A stretch of DNA of 64,000 nt from SAR86 cluster bacterium (GTDB lineage: Bacteria > Pseudomonadota > Gammaproteobacteria > Magnimaribacterales > TMED112): contig CP097968.1 of assembly GCA_023703555.1 (NCBI GenBank), positions 765,168 to 829,167 on the forward strand, given 5' to 3'. This document shows positions 37,361-46,805 of the stretch, piece by piece; position 1 is the first letter of the stretch; each line of letters begins with the position of its first letter. Position numbers and translations under genes: made by a program. The notes beneath the pieces are model-generated. The model was not told where the DNA came from and ran no database searches. It worked only from the letters and a program-made list of their open reading frames with translations.

Positions 37361-37466
37361 TGTTTAAAAATTAAAAAGAAAGTTGAATGATAATGCATCA
37401 GGCGGCATCAAGAAATGTCGAAAAATTTTTCATAGGAAGTGAATGATATATAAAAATACGATTTTA

Positions 37467-37898
37467 TCAAGATTTTACATCCCAAAGCGTGGAAGGGTTT
37501 TTCATAGATTTAAACTCAATGACATAATTAAACGGATCGCAAACAAACATCGTCTCTTGTTCTGGAGGTCGTCCTTTGAATCTAACAAATGGTTCAAGCA
37601 GTATATTTGCATCATCATAATTTGCTAATCTAGTCTTAATGTCATCAAAAGTCTTGCGGTCAAGATGAATGCCAAAATGTGGTACTGGGATGTCACACAT
37701 ATCAACTATTTTTGATGTACTCAATTCATTTTTTTGGAAATTTGGATCTTCGTGCAATGTTAGCTCATTACCAAAAAAATTTATATCTTGCCAGTCATCT
37801 TCTGACCTTCCAGCGTTACAGCCCAATAGATCGCAGTAAAAACTCTTGCCCTCACTTAACGAGGATACCTTCATTGCAAGATGAAACATTGATTGCAT
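37467..37898 (-). CDS. VOC (glyoxalase/bleomycin-resistance/dioxygenase) family protein
   Basis: 143 aa. MFHLAMKVSSLSEGKSFYCDLLGCNAGRSEDDWQDINFFGNELTLH resembles VOC-family N-termini. Confidence 0.55.
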   Translation of the reverse strand: MQSMFHLAMKVSSLSEGKSFYCDLLGCNAGRSEDDWQDINFFGNELTLHEDPNFQKNELSTSKIVDMCDIPVPHFGIHLDRKTFDDIKTRLANYDDANILLEPFVRFKGRPPEQETMFVCDPFNYVIEFKSMKNPSTLWDVKS

Positions 37899-37900
37899 AC

Positions 37901-39655
37901 TTAAGTATAAATTTCTTTAACAGAGGTTTGTAATTTTTTTGCTAAATCTTTTCTTATCCCAAGCTCTTGTGAAATATTATCAACTTCTAATTTTCCTATA
38001 TTTTCTATTGAGCCAATTTTTTTGTAAATTTTATTTATGGTTTTAGGGCCAATGCCTTTAATATCCTGCAAAAAGTGGGTTGTAAGTTTCTTTCTATTTA
38101 TGCTTCTAAAATTTTTGATAGCAAATCTATGCGCTTCATCTCTTACATCAAGGAATATCTTTGATGCATCAAACTCTCTTCTAAATTCAACCTTCTTATC
38201 ATCTACAAACAAATTTTCAATGCCATATTTTCTTTTTTCTCCCTTACCAAGTGAACTGAAAATAATTTTTGGAGCCTTGATTCGAGTCTTAATAAAGTTT
38301 AGGTGCGTTTGACCACCGTCAATCAGTACAATATTTAGGGGGAAATTGTTTTTTAGATATCTTTTAATGCCGAAAATCAAGGCGTTTAAGTCGGAGTTGG
38401 AGTGCTTAACCGGAACTCGATAAAATCTGTACTTAGACTTATCTGGTCCGTTTTGGTCAAAATAAATACAAGAAACTGTTTTTATATCACCTGCACCACC
38501 GCTTACATCAAAACCTGCAATTCTAAGATCAGACGGTATTATGCTAATGTTCTTTTCAATAAAATCTAATGATCTTGCATATTTCTGATTTTTTTGAAGC
38601 TTCAAACTAAGAAAGTTTTTTGCGTTTCTTTCAGCCATTTCTAGCCACTTTTTTTTCTTGCCTGAAACTTTATTTAAAAAGTTAATTTTTGGAAAGAAAG
38701 GGTTGTCTAAGATTTCTTGTGAACTAATGATTTCTTTTATTTGCGGATTTGCCAGCACAAGTCTGCTTACAAATTCTTCAGTTATTTCTTCCTTAGTTTT
38801 CTTTAAAGGGTTTCTGTAAGTGTATTTTTTAATATTGGAGAAGGCATTATTTTCAATAATGCTTACTACAAAACATACTATTTCCTCAGCGTAAGCAACA
38901 CCTAAAACATTTATTTGGTCGCCACCTGCAAATATTACTTGGGTTTCTTCAACTTTTCTTAGCATTTCTATTTTTTTTCTTAATGCTAAGGCTTTCTCAA
39001 ATTCTTCCGCTTCTGAAAGCTTGAGCATCTCATGTTTTAGAGCCTTTAAAATATCTAGGAAATTTCCTCTAAGCACAGACTTAGCTTTGTCCACATCATT
39101 AAGATACGATTCTCTTGAAATTTTTCCTACGCAAGGTGCAGAGCACTTGCCAATTTGATGCTGCAGACAAGGACGGGACCTATTGCTAAAAAAAATATCA
39201 TTGCAGGTTCTAAGACTAAAAATTTTTTGTATTTCAGATATCGCAGTTCGTGTTCCTTTTGCGCTTACAAAGGGACCAAACAAATTTTTTTCTGCTTTTC
39301 TTGTTCTCTTAAAAAAAACACCAGGAAAATCATGCTTAGTGTTTATTTCAATGTAGGGAAACGTCTTGTCATCGCGTAATAGTATATTGTAGGGGGGTTG
39401 CTCAGTTTTAATTAGATTCTGCTCTAGCAACAAGGCCTCAGTCTCATTTTGGGTCTCTAAAAAGTCCACATCGTTTATTTTCTCAACTAATTTAGTTGTT
39501 TTATATTCTTTGATTGATTTTGTAAAATAACTTTTTACACGCTTTTTAAGATTTTTAGCTTTGCCTATATATAAGATTTTTTTTCTTTCATAAAATCTGT
39601 AAACACCTGTTGTTTCAGGAAAGCTTTTTATTTTTTTCTGTATGACTTTATTCAC
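37901..39655 (-). CDS. uvrC: Excinuclease ABC subunit C
   Basis: 584 aa. The GIY-YIG motif is GVYRFYERKKILYIGKAKNLKKRVKSYF. A C-terminal (HhH)2 region is present. Confidence 0.9.
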   Translation of the reverse strand: MNKVIQKKIKSFPETTGVYRFYERKKILYIGKAKNLKKRVKSYFTKSIKEYKTTKLVEKINDVDFLETQNETEALLLEQNLIKTEQPPYNILLRDDKTFPYIEINTKHDFPGVFFKRTRKAEKNLFGPFVSAKGTRTAISEIQKIFSLRTCNDIFFSNRSRPCLQHQIGKCSAPCVGKISRESYLNDVDKAKSVLRGNFLDILKALKHEMLKLSEAEEFEKALALRKKIEMLRKVEETQVIFAGGDQINVLGVAYAEEIVCFVVSIIENNAFSNIKKYTYRNPLKKTKEEITEEFVSRLVLANPQIKEIISSQEILDNPFFPKINFLNKVSGKKKKWLEMAERNAKNFLSLKLQKNQKYARSLDFIEKNISIIPSDLRIAGFDVSGGAGDIKTVSCIYFDQNGPDKSKYRFYRVPVKHSNSDLNALIFGIKRYLKNNFPLNIVLIDGGQTHLNFIKTRIKAPKIIFSSLGKGEKRKYGIENLFVDDKKVEFRREFDASKIFLDVRDEAHRFAIKNFRSINRKKLTTHFLQDIKGIGPKTINKIYKKIGSIENIGKLEVDNISQELGIRKDLAKKLQTSVKEIYT

Positions 39656-40970
39656 TTAAAAATTTTTGGGTATTTCTTTTTCCAAGTTCTACACCCCACT
39701 GATCAAACGAATTTATGTCCCATATAAGACCTTTAATAATGGTTTTATTTTCCCAAATTGCAATGAGAGAGCCTATGCTATGAGGTGATAAATCCTTTAA
39801 CTCTAATGTGGTGAAACCTCGGGAAAACGTATTCTTGTGAGGTTGTGACTTTTCATTATTCTTTAGAGACTCGACTAATGCTTTAAATTGTGTATGGTTG
39901 AGCTCTTTTCCTTGTGTACAAATTATATTTGTATTAAATATTTTGGTTCCTTGATATAAAGATTGAAGAAATGAATGTTGTGCTTCTGGCCCAAACCCAC
40001 CCCATACTATTTGACTAGTTTGATAATCAAGCATATCGCCTGATTGACTTACTGATTTTCCATTTGATTCCATCTCTAACTGTTGTGCATACTTATAAAA
40101 ATTCCTTAACTTCCAGTCATAATTCAGAACAAGTTCGGTCTCCTTATTTAAGACGTTGTTGTAGAAGATGTCTTGGAGTGCCATTTTAAATGGGATTGAC
40201 GACATGCCTTTTGAAAGCATCTGATTGTCAATTAAAGCACCGCCTTGAATAAACTGCTTATAGGCTCTATCACCCTCCAGTGCTGATAGCATTAAAGAGA
40301 TTGCACCCCATATTGAAAAACGACCACCCGTATTTTTATCTAAATGAAAAATATTTTCTTCTGGAACTCCATAATCAATTGCTTTTTTTTCGTGAGAAGT
40401 AATTGCTATAGTTGAATCTAAAAATTTTCTTTCAGTTATATATTCATAAGCAGAGATAGTCTCAAGGGTAGAAAAAGACTTTGAAGCAATAATTAGTAAA
40501 CAATTCTTTAAATCAACTCCAAAAAGCTTTTCTTCAAACTCTTGTTTATCACTTCCAGTAATATGAATCACTTTTTTTGAATAGTTATCTATAAGAGATT
40601 CGCCAATCAAAGACGGCCCAAGGTAAGAACCACCAATTCCAAAAAAAATTACTTTTTCAACACCAGCTAGGCCTCGTTTAAAGGGTAATGTATCTGGAAG
40701 ATTAATCTTATTAGAAAATTTTTTCTTTCTGTAATTAAAATGACTCACAGATTTCTTTTCTGATAGGTTTGTTATTTTCCCATCATAAATATCTTTATAT
40801 TTTTTAAGGATATTCTTATTCTGACAATAATCTTGAATATCATTAATGAAATCTTGGGGTAATCTTTGATGTTGAAAATCAACAGATATGTATTCCGTTG
40901 TTATTTTTTCGCGCCAAAGATGTGAACTTGGATCATACTTATTGAGTATAAAAATGTCTTTTAAATTCAT
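39648..40970 (-). CDS. pgi: Glucose-6-phosphate isomerase (short type)
   Basis: 440 aa. It has FFGIGGSYLGP, SKSFSTLET, MESNGKSV and HSFLQ. Confidence 0.85.
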   Translation of the reverse strand: MNLKDIFILNKYDPSSHLWREKITTEYISVDFQHQRLPQDFINDIQDYCQNKNILKKYKDIYDGKITNLSEKKSVSHFNYRKKKFSNKINLPDTLPFKRGLAGVEKVIFFGIGGSYLGPSLIGESLIDNYSKKVIHITGSDKQEFEEKLFGVDLKNCLLIIASKSFSTLETISAYEYITERKFLDSTIAITSHEKKAIDYGVPEENIFHLDKNTGGRFSIWGAISLMLSALEGDRAYKQFIQGGALIDNQMLSKGMSSIPFKMALQDIFYNNVLNKETELVLNYDWKLRNFYKYAQQLEMESNGKSVSQSGDMLDYQTSQIVWGGFGPEAQHSFLQSLYQGTKIFNTNIICTQGKELNHTQFKALVESLKNNEKSQPHKNTFSRGFTTLELKDLSPHSIGSLIAIWENKTIIKGLIWDINSFDQWGVELGKRNTQKFLSE

Positions 40971-41620
40971 AAATAATCATTAAAAGCTTTTGCTTTATCA
41001 GCTGCTTCAGTAATTGGTCTTCCCACAACTATGTAATCAGCCCCGTATGCATATGCCTCCTTAGATGATAAAACTCGTTTTTGATCGTCTTCTCCATAAA
41101 TATTCCTTATGCCAGGTACTACCTTTAATTTCTTAAAATCAGAAAGTAATGGAAGTTCTTTTGGGCTACAAACAATTCCATCGATTTTAGTTCTAGAAGC
41201 TAAATCTTTCAAAACCATAATTTGTTGTTCAATATCTCTGTTATAGAGTTCGTTCACATCGTTGTGATCAAGGCTTGTGAGGAGGCTAACACCAATAATT
41301 TTAATGTTACCCTTTGATTCACACGCATCATCAATCATCTTTTCTCCACCAGATAAATGAATCGTAGTCATAACAATGCTTGAGCTTGAAATCTCATTGA
41401 TTGTCTTTTTAACTGTATTTGGAATATCGTGGAGTTTCAAATCTAGAAAAATTTCAAATCCCTTTTCTGCAAGGAGTTCAATAACTTTATTACCACAAGA
41501 TGTGTAGAGCTGAAGACCAACTTTTACTAAGCACTTTAAAGGATCAATGTATTTTATGAATTCGTTTACTTCTTGAAAACTTGAGAAATCTAGAGCTACT
41601 ATAAGTTTTTTTGAAAACAT
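40967..41620 (-). CDS. pyrF: Orotidine 5'-phosphate decarboxylase
   Basis: 217 aa. It has LIVALDFSS, FLDLKLHDIPNTV and VVGRPIT. Confidence 0.9.
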   Translation of the reverse strand: MFSKKLIVALDFSSFQEVNEFIKYIDPLKCLVKVGLQLYTSCGNKVIELLAEKGFEIFLDLKLHDIPNTVKKTINEISSSSIVMTTIHLSGGEKMIDDACESKGNIKIIGVSLLTSLDHNDVNELYNRDIEQQIMVLKDLASRTKIDGIVCSPKELPLLSDFKKLKVVPGIRNIYGEDDQKRVLSSKEAYAYGADYIVVGRPITEAADKAKAFNDYL

Positions 41621-41647
41621 AAACTCTTTTATTTTAAATGAAACAAT

Positions 41648-42961
41648 TTATGAAACTAAGCTCAATGAAATTCTTTCTCTCTCCGAGTCCATAGCGCTTA
41701 TTGAGACAGTAATTTCGTCTTCAGGTTTAAATAGTTCTTCAACTTTCTGTTCACTGGTTTCAATCTCTGAGTGGTGAATTAAACCATCAATGCCGCCCTC
41801 AAGCTCTACAAATATTCCAAAATCTGTAACTGACTTTATTTTTAATTTTTCAAGGATATCCCCAACATTGTGCTTGTCCTCAAATTCTTTCCAAGGATTT
41901 GAAATTGTATGCTTTCGACTTAATGACACCTTTCTTTCTTCAAGATCAATGTCCATAATTTTTACTGAAACCTTGTCACCCTTATCTAAAATCGAAGCTG
42001 GATTTATATTTTTGTTTTTCCAGTCAAGGTCTGTAATGTGAACTAAGCCTTCAATATTTTCATCTAATTTTACAAAACAACCATATTCCGTTGTCTGAGC
42101 AACTGTGCATTCAATAATTTGACCAACATGGTATTTCTTCTCTATATCTTGCCATGGATCATCTGAAAGCTGTTTTAAACCCAGAGATACTCTCATTTTC
42201 TCTTTGTCGAACGATAAAACCATAAACTCCATCTTTTCTCCAACATTAAGCATTTCTTTTGGATGTGCGACTCTTTTCCATGAAATATCGGTTATATGCA
42301 AGAGGCCATCAAGACCTCCAAGATCAACAAAAGCACCATAATCTGTCAGGTTCTTTACCGTTCCCTCAATTTTCTCTCCCTCTTTAATAATTTCAAGCAA
42401 TCTGTCTCTTTCCTCAGAGTTTTGCTCTTGAAGAACAGCTTTTCTGGAAAGAACAATATTTGTGCGTTTCTTGTCAAATTTCATCACCTTGAATTCTAAA
42501 ACTTGTCCAGTTAAGTCTGGGTAGTCTTTGCCGCCTTTGGGGTCTATTAACGAGCCAGGCAAAAAAGCTTTAATAACGTCTATGAAAACTGTGAAGCCAC
42601 CCTTAACTTTATGTACAACTTTTCCTTGTAAATAAGTTCCATTGTTGAAGCTGTTTTCAATTATTTCCCAAGTTTCTTGTTTTCTCGCTTTTTCTCTTGA
42701 AAGTCGGATTTCACCAAATCCATCATCTAATGCGTCTAGGATTACTTCCACTTCGTCACCCTCAGACACAAGAACTTTATTAGTTACATCTTTAAATTCA
42801 TCAACTGATACAAGCCCGTCTGATTTAAAGCCTATATCTAAGGTGACCCATTTTTTTCCAATGTTCATTACATTGGCTTTTACAAGTGCCCCTTGAGATA
42901 GATTAAAGTTATTAAAACTCTCGTCTAACAGCTTTTGCAACTTATTTTCAGTATCTTTCAT
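41648..42961 (-). CDS. rpsA: 30S ribosomal protein S1, five S1 domains
   Basis: 437 aa. It aligns by eye with E. coli S1 through domain 5 (…DSERERISLSLVS, then stop). The sixth S1 domain and the C-terminal tail are absent. Confidence 0.9.
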   Translation of the reverse strand: MKDTENKLQKLLDESFNNFNLSQGALVKANVMNIGKKWVTLDIGFKSDGLVSVDEFKDVTNKVLVSEGDEVEVILDALDDGFGEIRLSREKARKQETWEIIENSFNNGTYLQGKVVHKVKGGFTVFIDVIKAFLPGSLIDPKGGKDYPDLTGQVLEFKVMKFDKKRTNIVLSRKAVLQEQNSEERDRLLEIIKEGEKIEGTVKNLTDYGAFVDLGGLDGLLHITDISWKRVAHPKEMLNVGEKMEFMVLSFDKEKMRVSLGLKQLSDDPWQDIEKKYHVGQIIECTVAQTTEYGCFVKLDENIEGLVHITDLDWKNKNINPASILDKGDKVSVKIMDIDLEERKVSLSRKHTISNPWKEFEDKHNVGDILEKLKIKSVTDFGIFVELEGGIDGLIHHSEIETSEQKVEELFKPEDEITVSISAMDSERERISLSLVS

Positions 42962-43586
42962 TTATTAAATTTATTATCTTTACCGCAGCATCCTCAACTG
43001 TCTCAGAATCGTTTTGTATAACAACAGAATCTTCAGAAATTTCTAAAGGGGAATTTTCCCTTTCAGAGTCACTTTTATCTCTGAGAATAATCTCGTTTCT
43101 GAGTTCAGAGATATTAACCTTTTGTCCAGTATTTCTCAACTGATTTGCTCTTCTTTCTACCCTGGTTTCTAACTTAGCTGTAAGAAAAATTTTGATCTTT
43201 GATTCTGGAAAAATTACTGAAGCCATATCTCTCCCTTCAGCAACAAGACCTGGCTTCTTAAGGAAAGATCTTTGAATCTTATATAACTTTTTTCTCACAT
43301 TAAGATTTTTGGATAAAATTGATGCAAGCTTCGTCAGTTTTGGACCTCTAAGTTGACTAGATATGTTTTCCTCCTTGAAAATTACTTGCTCCAAATTTTC
43401 ATTAAGAACAAAAGTAAAATTTTGAAACTCATGTAAAAAATCTATATTTTTCAAATGTGTGAAGGCGAACACCCTATAAATCAAACCACTATCAAGGTAA
43501 TTCCAACCCAATTGTGATGATATCGTTTTTGCAATAGTGCCTTTACCAGAGCCTGAGGGACCATCAATTGTAACTATTGGTAACAT
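42948..43586 (-). CDS. cmk: Cytidylate kinase
   Basis: 212 aa. It has ITIDGPSGSGKGTIAK, YLDSGLIYR and AEGRDM. Confidence 0.9.
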   Translation of the reverse strand: MLPIVTIDGPSGSGKGTIAKTISSQLGWNYLDSGLIYRVFAFTHLKNIDFLHEFQNFTFVLNENLEQVIFKEENISSQLRGPKLTKLASILSKNLNVRKKLYKIQRSFLKKPGLVAEGRDMASVIFPESKIKIFLTAKLETRVERRANQLRNTGQKVNISELRNEIILRDKSDSERENSPLEISEDSVVIQNDSETVEDAAVKIINLINERY

Positions 43587-44755
43587 TTTTCAATCAAATT
43601 AAAAAATTTTGGAAATGACGTATCAACACAACTAGTGTCGTCAAAATTTATAGCTTTATTGATCCGCAATCCAGCAATGGCAAAGCTCATAAGCATTCGA
43701 TGATCACCATTTGTAGTAATGCTTAAATCTTTATTCATGTTGTGCTCTTTAGGGTTTATCTCAAAACCATCTTCAAATTCTCTGAGCTCAATATTAGGAT
43801 TAAATTTTTTTAGATTTGACAATAATAAAGATATCCTGTCTGATTCTTTGTACCGAAGTTCTTTTGCACCTCGGACTACTGTTTTTCCTTGGGCAAACAT
43901 AGCAAGAATTGCAATTAATGGTATTTCATCAATAAGGTTTGGTACCATATCACCCAAGATTGTTACCCCCTTGAGTGGCCCTGCAATTGAAGCTTTTAAA
44001 TCCGCACGTGGTTCATTTGAAATAATTCTTAAATTCTTTTGTTCAATTTTTGCACCCATTTCTTTTAAGATATCTAAAAAAGCTGTTCGTGTTTTATTTA
44101 CACCAACGTTTTTGATTTCGTTTATTCTGCCAGTGAGAATATCCGCTGCTAAAAAATAAGCGACGCATGAAAAATCTTTAGGAATATCAATCTTCTTTTT
44201 TGTTAGTTTTTTTCTTCCATCAAAAAAAATTTTTTTTCCTTCTTTTTTTATTAAACCATCGCACTCCTCAAGCAACCTCTCCGTGTGATCTCGTGAAATT
44301 AAATGCTCTTCTATTTCGATTTGACTACCTGATGAGACTGCTGCCATCAAAAGGCACGATTTAATTTGTGCACTTGCTATTTCTAAGTGGTATTTAAACT
44401 TTGGTTTTAATTCTGACCGGTTTATTTTTATCGGTGCAAATTTATTGTTGGTAAGCTCAATCTTTGCACCCCATTCTGAAAGCGGATCTGCTATTCTCTT
44501 CATGGGTCTTTTCGATAATGACGTATCTCCCAAAAGGATTGCTGCTTCTCCCAGTCCTACAATGTATCCAGTCAGAAGTCGCATCCCAGTTCCAGAGTTT
44601 CCTAAATCAAGTTCAACATCTTCTCTCGAGCTTTTTAAAGCATTAGCAGCCTCCATGGTATGCTTCACATCTTCACTAATTTCTTTCCCATCAAAATCAA
44701 GACCTAAAATTGCACATCTTTGTGCAATAGATTTATCAATGGGAATTCCTCTCAT
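43574..44755 (-). CDS. aroA: 3-phosphoshikimate 1-carboxyvinyltransferase (EPSP synthase)
   Basis: 393 aa. It has DKSIAQRCAIL, LGNSGTGMRLLTG, YKESDRI and GDHRMLMSFA. Its N-terminus is somewhat short. ATGA overlap with tyrA. Confidence 0.85.
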   Translation of the reverse strand: MRGIPIDKSIAQRCAILGLDFDGKEISEDVKHTMEAANALKSSREDVELDLGNSGTGMRLLTGYIVGLGEAAILLGDTSLSKRPMKRIADPLSEWGAKIELTNNKFAPIKINRSELKPKFKYHLEIASAQIKSCLLMAAVSSGSQIEIEEHLISRDHTERLLEECDGLIKKEGKKIFFDGRKKLTKKKIDIPKDFSCVAYFLAADILTGRINEIKNVGVNKTRTAFLDILKEMGAKIEQKNLRIISNEPRADLKASIAGPLKGVTILGDMVPNLIDEIPLIAILAMFAQGKTVVRGAKELRYKESDRISLLLSNLKKFNPNIELREFEDGFEINPKEHNMNKDLSITTNGDHRMLMSFAIAGLRINKAINFDDTSCVDTSFPKFFNLIEKCYQ

Positions 44756-45471
44756 AGTAAATACTTTTTTATATCATTAATGACTTTATCAATATTGGTT
44801 TTATTATCCTTAAAAATCTCTTCCCAGAGATCTTTATTTGCATCTGATAATCTCAATATTTCTTTCAAGCTAGTCCCTGAATATTTATTAAAGTTAATTC
44901 CTTTGTCATCAAGGATTTGTCTGTAAATAAAACTAAACAGATGAGGAAAATGGCTTAAATATGCATAAGTCTCGTCGTGTTCATCAATACGCATAACTGA
45001 TGTCTTTGCTCCTAGCGAATGCCAAAATGTCTGTAATTTACGCATGCAGTCTAAGTTTGTGCTCTCTATCAAGATCACCTCCTTATCACTTATTAAATTA
45101 TGTACTGCATTATTTGGCCCAACTTTGTGACTGCCACAAATTGGGTGAGAGGAAACAAAGTTTTCTGGTAAATCAGTGTTGGTAAGAAACTTTTTTGAAC
45201 TTGAAATATCGGTAATAATTGAATCAGGAAATTTCGAGGAAATTTTTGATAAAGCGTTTAGAACAAGCTCTTGTCTAAGGCAAATAACAATTAGCTCGAA
45301 TTCGCCTTCAACATCATCTATATTTTTGAAGATTTTTTGATATATACCTTTTTCATGTAGGCATGAAACATAATTTAGGTTCTCCTCGACACATGACACT
45401 TTTTTATGATTTATTGAAAGAGCAATTGAGGTGCCCATAAAACCCGAGCCAATAATAAGAGCACTATTCAT
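44752..45471 (-). CDS. tyrA: Prephenate/arogenate dehydrogenase
   Basis: 239 aa. It has ALIIGSGFMGTSIA and SSHPICGSHKVGP (HPMAG-like). Its position between chorismate mutase and aroA supports the call. Confidence 0.75.
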   Translation of the reverse strand: MNSALIIGSGFMGTSIALSINHKKVSCVEENLNYVSCLHEKGIYQKIFKNIDDVEGEFELIVICLRQELVLNALSKISSKFPDSIITDISSSKKFLTNTDLPENFVSSHPICGSHKVGPNNAVHNLISDKEVILIESTNLDCMRKLQTFWHSLGAKTSVMRIDEHDETYAYLSHFPHLFSFIYRQILDDKGINFNKYSGTSLKEILRLSDANKDLWEEIFKDNKTNIDKVINDIKKYLL

Positions 45472-45730
45472 CTTTTTGAATTCTCAAAGAAGTCTCAAGT
45501 ATGCTCTCAAAAATAGTCTTAAGATCTTCATTAGGATAATTACACTCTATTTCTGAAATTTTTTTAAGAATTTGATTATGTCTTTGCTTATCAAAAAAAT
45601 CTTTCTTAATTTTTCTTTTAATCACCCCAATTTCTTTTGAAATCTGAAGTCGAGATTCTAAAAGACTAATTATTTCAATATCAAGACTATTTATTTCATT
45701 TCTCAAAATTAGTAAGGTCTTCTCATCCAT
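45464..45730 (-). CDS. Monofunctional chorismate mutase (CM type 2 domain only)
   Basis: ORF 45464..45763. MDEKTLL (45730) is the likely start. LRNEINSLDIEIISLLESRLQISKEIGVIKRK is a CM_2-type helix. No prephenate dehydratase or ACT domain follows. Confidence 0.75.
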   Translation of the reverse strand: MDEKTLLILRNEINSLDIEIISLLESRLQISKEIGVIKRKIKKDFFDKQRHNQILKKISEIECNYPNEDLKTIFESILETSLRIQKDE

Positions 45731-46805
45731 ACTTTTTCTCAAATTCTTCCATAAAACTTGCAAGTGCTTCTACTGAGGAAAGCTTCATTGCATTATAAAT
45801 GCTTGCTCGCATCCCCCCAACTGACCTATGACCTTTTAAGTATTTAAGCCCTTCTGAATCCGCCTCATCAACAAATTTCTTCTCTAACTTCTCATCTGCG
45901 ATAGTAAATACAACATTACATCTAGATCTTTGTTTTGGATTTACAGGATTTAAATAAAAATCAGACGAATCAATAATGTTGTAAAGAAGGGATGATTTTT
46001 GAATGCTAAGCTTTTCCATTTCTGAAATTCCACCTAATCTCTCATACCAATCAAAAATTTTTCCTGCCAAATACCAGCCAAAGGTGTTGGGGGTATTCAA
46101 CATTGAGGATTGTTCAAAATGGGATTTATAGTTGAGCATATTTGGTAAAGCGGGGTTTGATTTTTCAAGCAAATCATCCTTAATAATTATCAGTGTTATG
46201 CCAGCAGCACCAAAATTTTTTTGAGCGCATGCATAAATAAAATCGTATTTCGATATATCCAAATTTTCGGAGAATATACAAGAACTCATATCGACAAAGC
46301 TTGGTACATCAAAATTTGGATCTGAATTTATTCTGATGCCTTGAATTGTCTCATTTTTACAGTAGTGGACATATGCTGAGTCAGAAGCTATTGACCAATC
46401 TGAAATGTCCTTAATTGAAGTATAGTTATTTATTTTTGCACTTGTGCAGACTTTTACTTCACATATCTTTGTAGCCTCCTTCATAGCTTTACTTGACCAT
46501 GAGCCAATGTCAGCATAAGAAGGTACTAATTTGGTCGCAAAATTCATAGGTATCATGGAAAATTGCAAGGTAGCACCTCCCTGCAGAAAGATTATTTTGT
46601 ACTCATCTGGCACATTCAGTAACCTTCTGGCAGATGCCGCAGCTTTTTCTGCAATATCCACAAAAATTTTATCTCTGTGGCTAATTTCAATTATCGAGGA
46701 ACCAATTTTATTGAAATTGAGAAACTCATTTTTCACCTCTTCCAATACATCCGCAGGTATTATTGCGGGACCCGCGCTAAAGTTATGAGTATTATTCTTC
46801 ATCAA
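45723..46805 (-). CDS. serC: Phosphoserine aminotransferase
   Basis: 360 aa. It has NFSAGPAIIPADVLEEV, AQKNFGAAGITL and GHRSVGGMRASIYNA. Confidence 0.9.
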   Translation of the reverse strand: MMKNNTHNFSAGPAIIPADVLEEVKNEFLNFNKIGSSIIEISHRDKIFVDIAEKAAASARRLLNVPDEYKIIFLQGGATLQFSMIPMNFATKLVPSYADIGSWSSKAMKEATKICEVKVCTSAKINNYTSIKDISDWSIASDSAYVHYCKNETIQGIRINSDPNFDVPSFVDMSSCIFSENLDISKYDFIYACAQKNFGAAGITLIIIKDDLLEKSNPALPNMLNYKSHFEQSSMLNTPNTFGWYLAGKIFDWYERLGGISEMEKLSIQKSSLLYNIIDSSDFYLNPVNPKQRSRCNVVFTIADEKLEKKFVDEADSEGLKYLKGHRSVGGMRASIYNAMKLSSVEALASFMEEFEKKYG

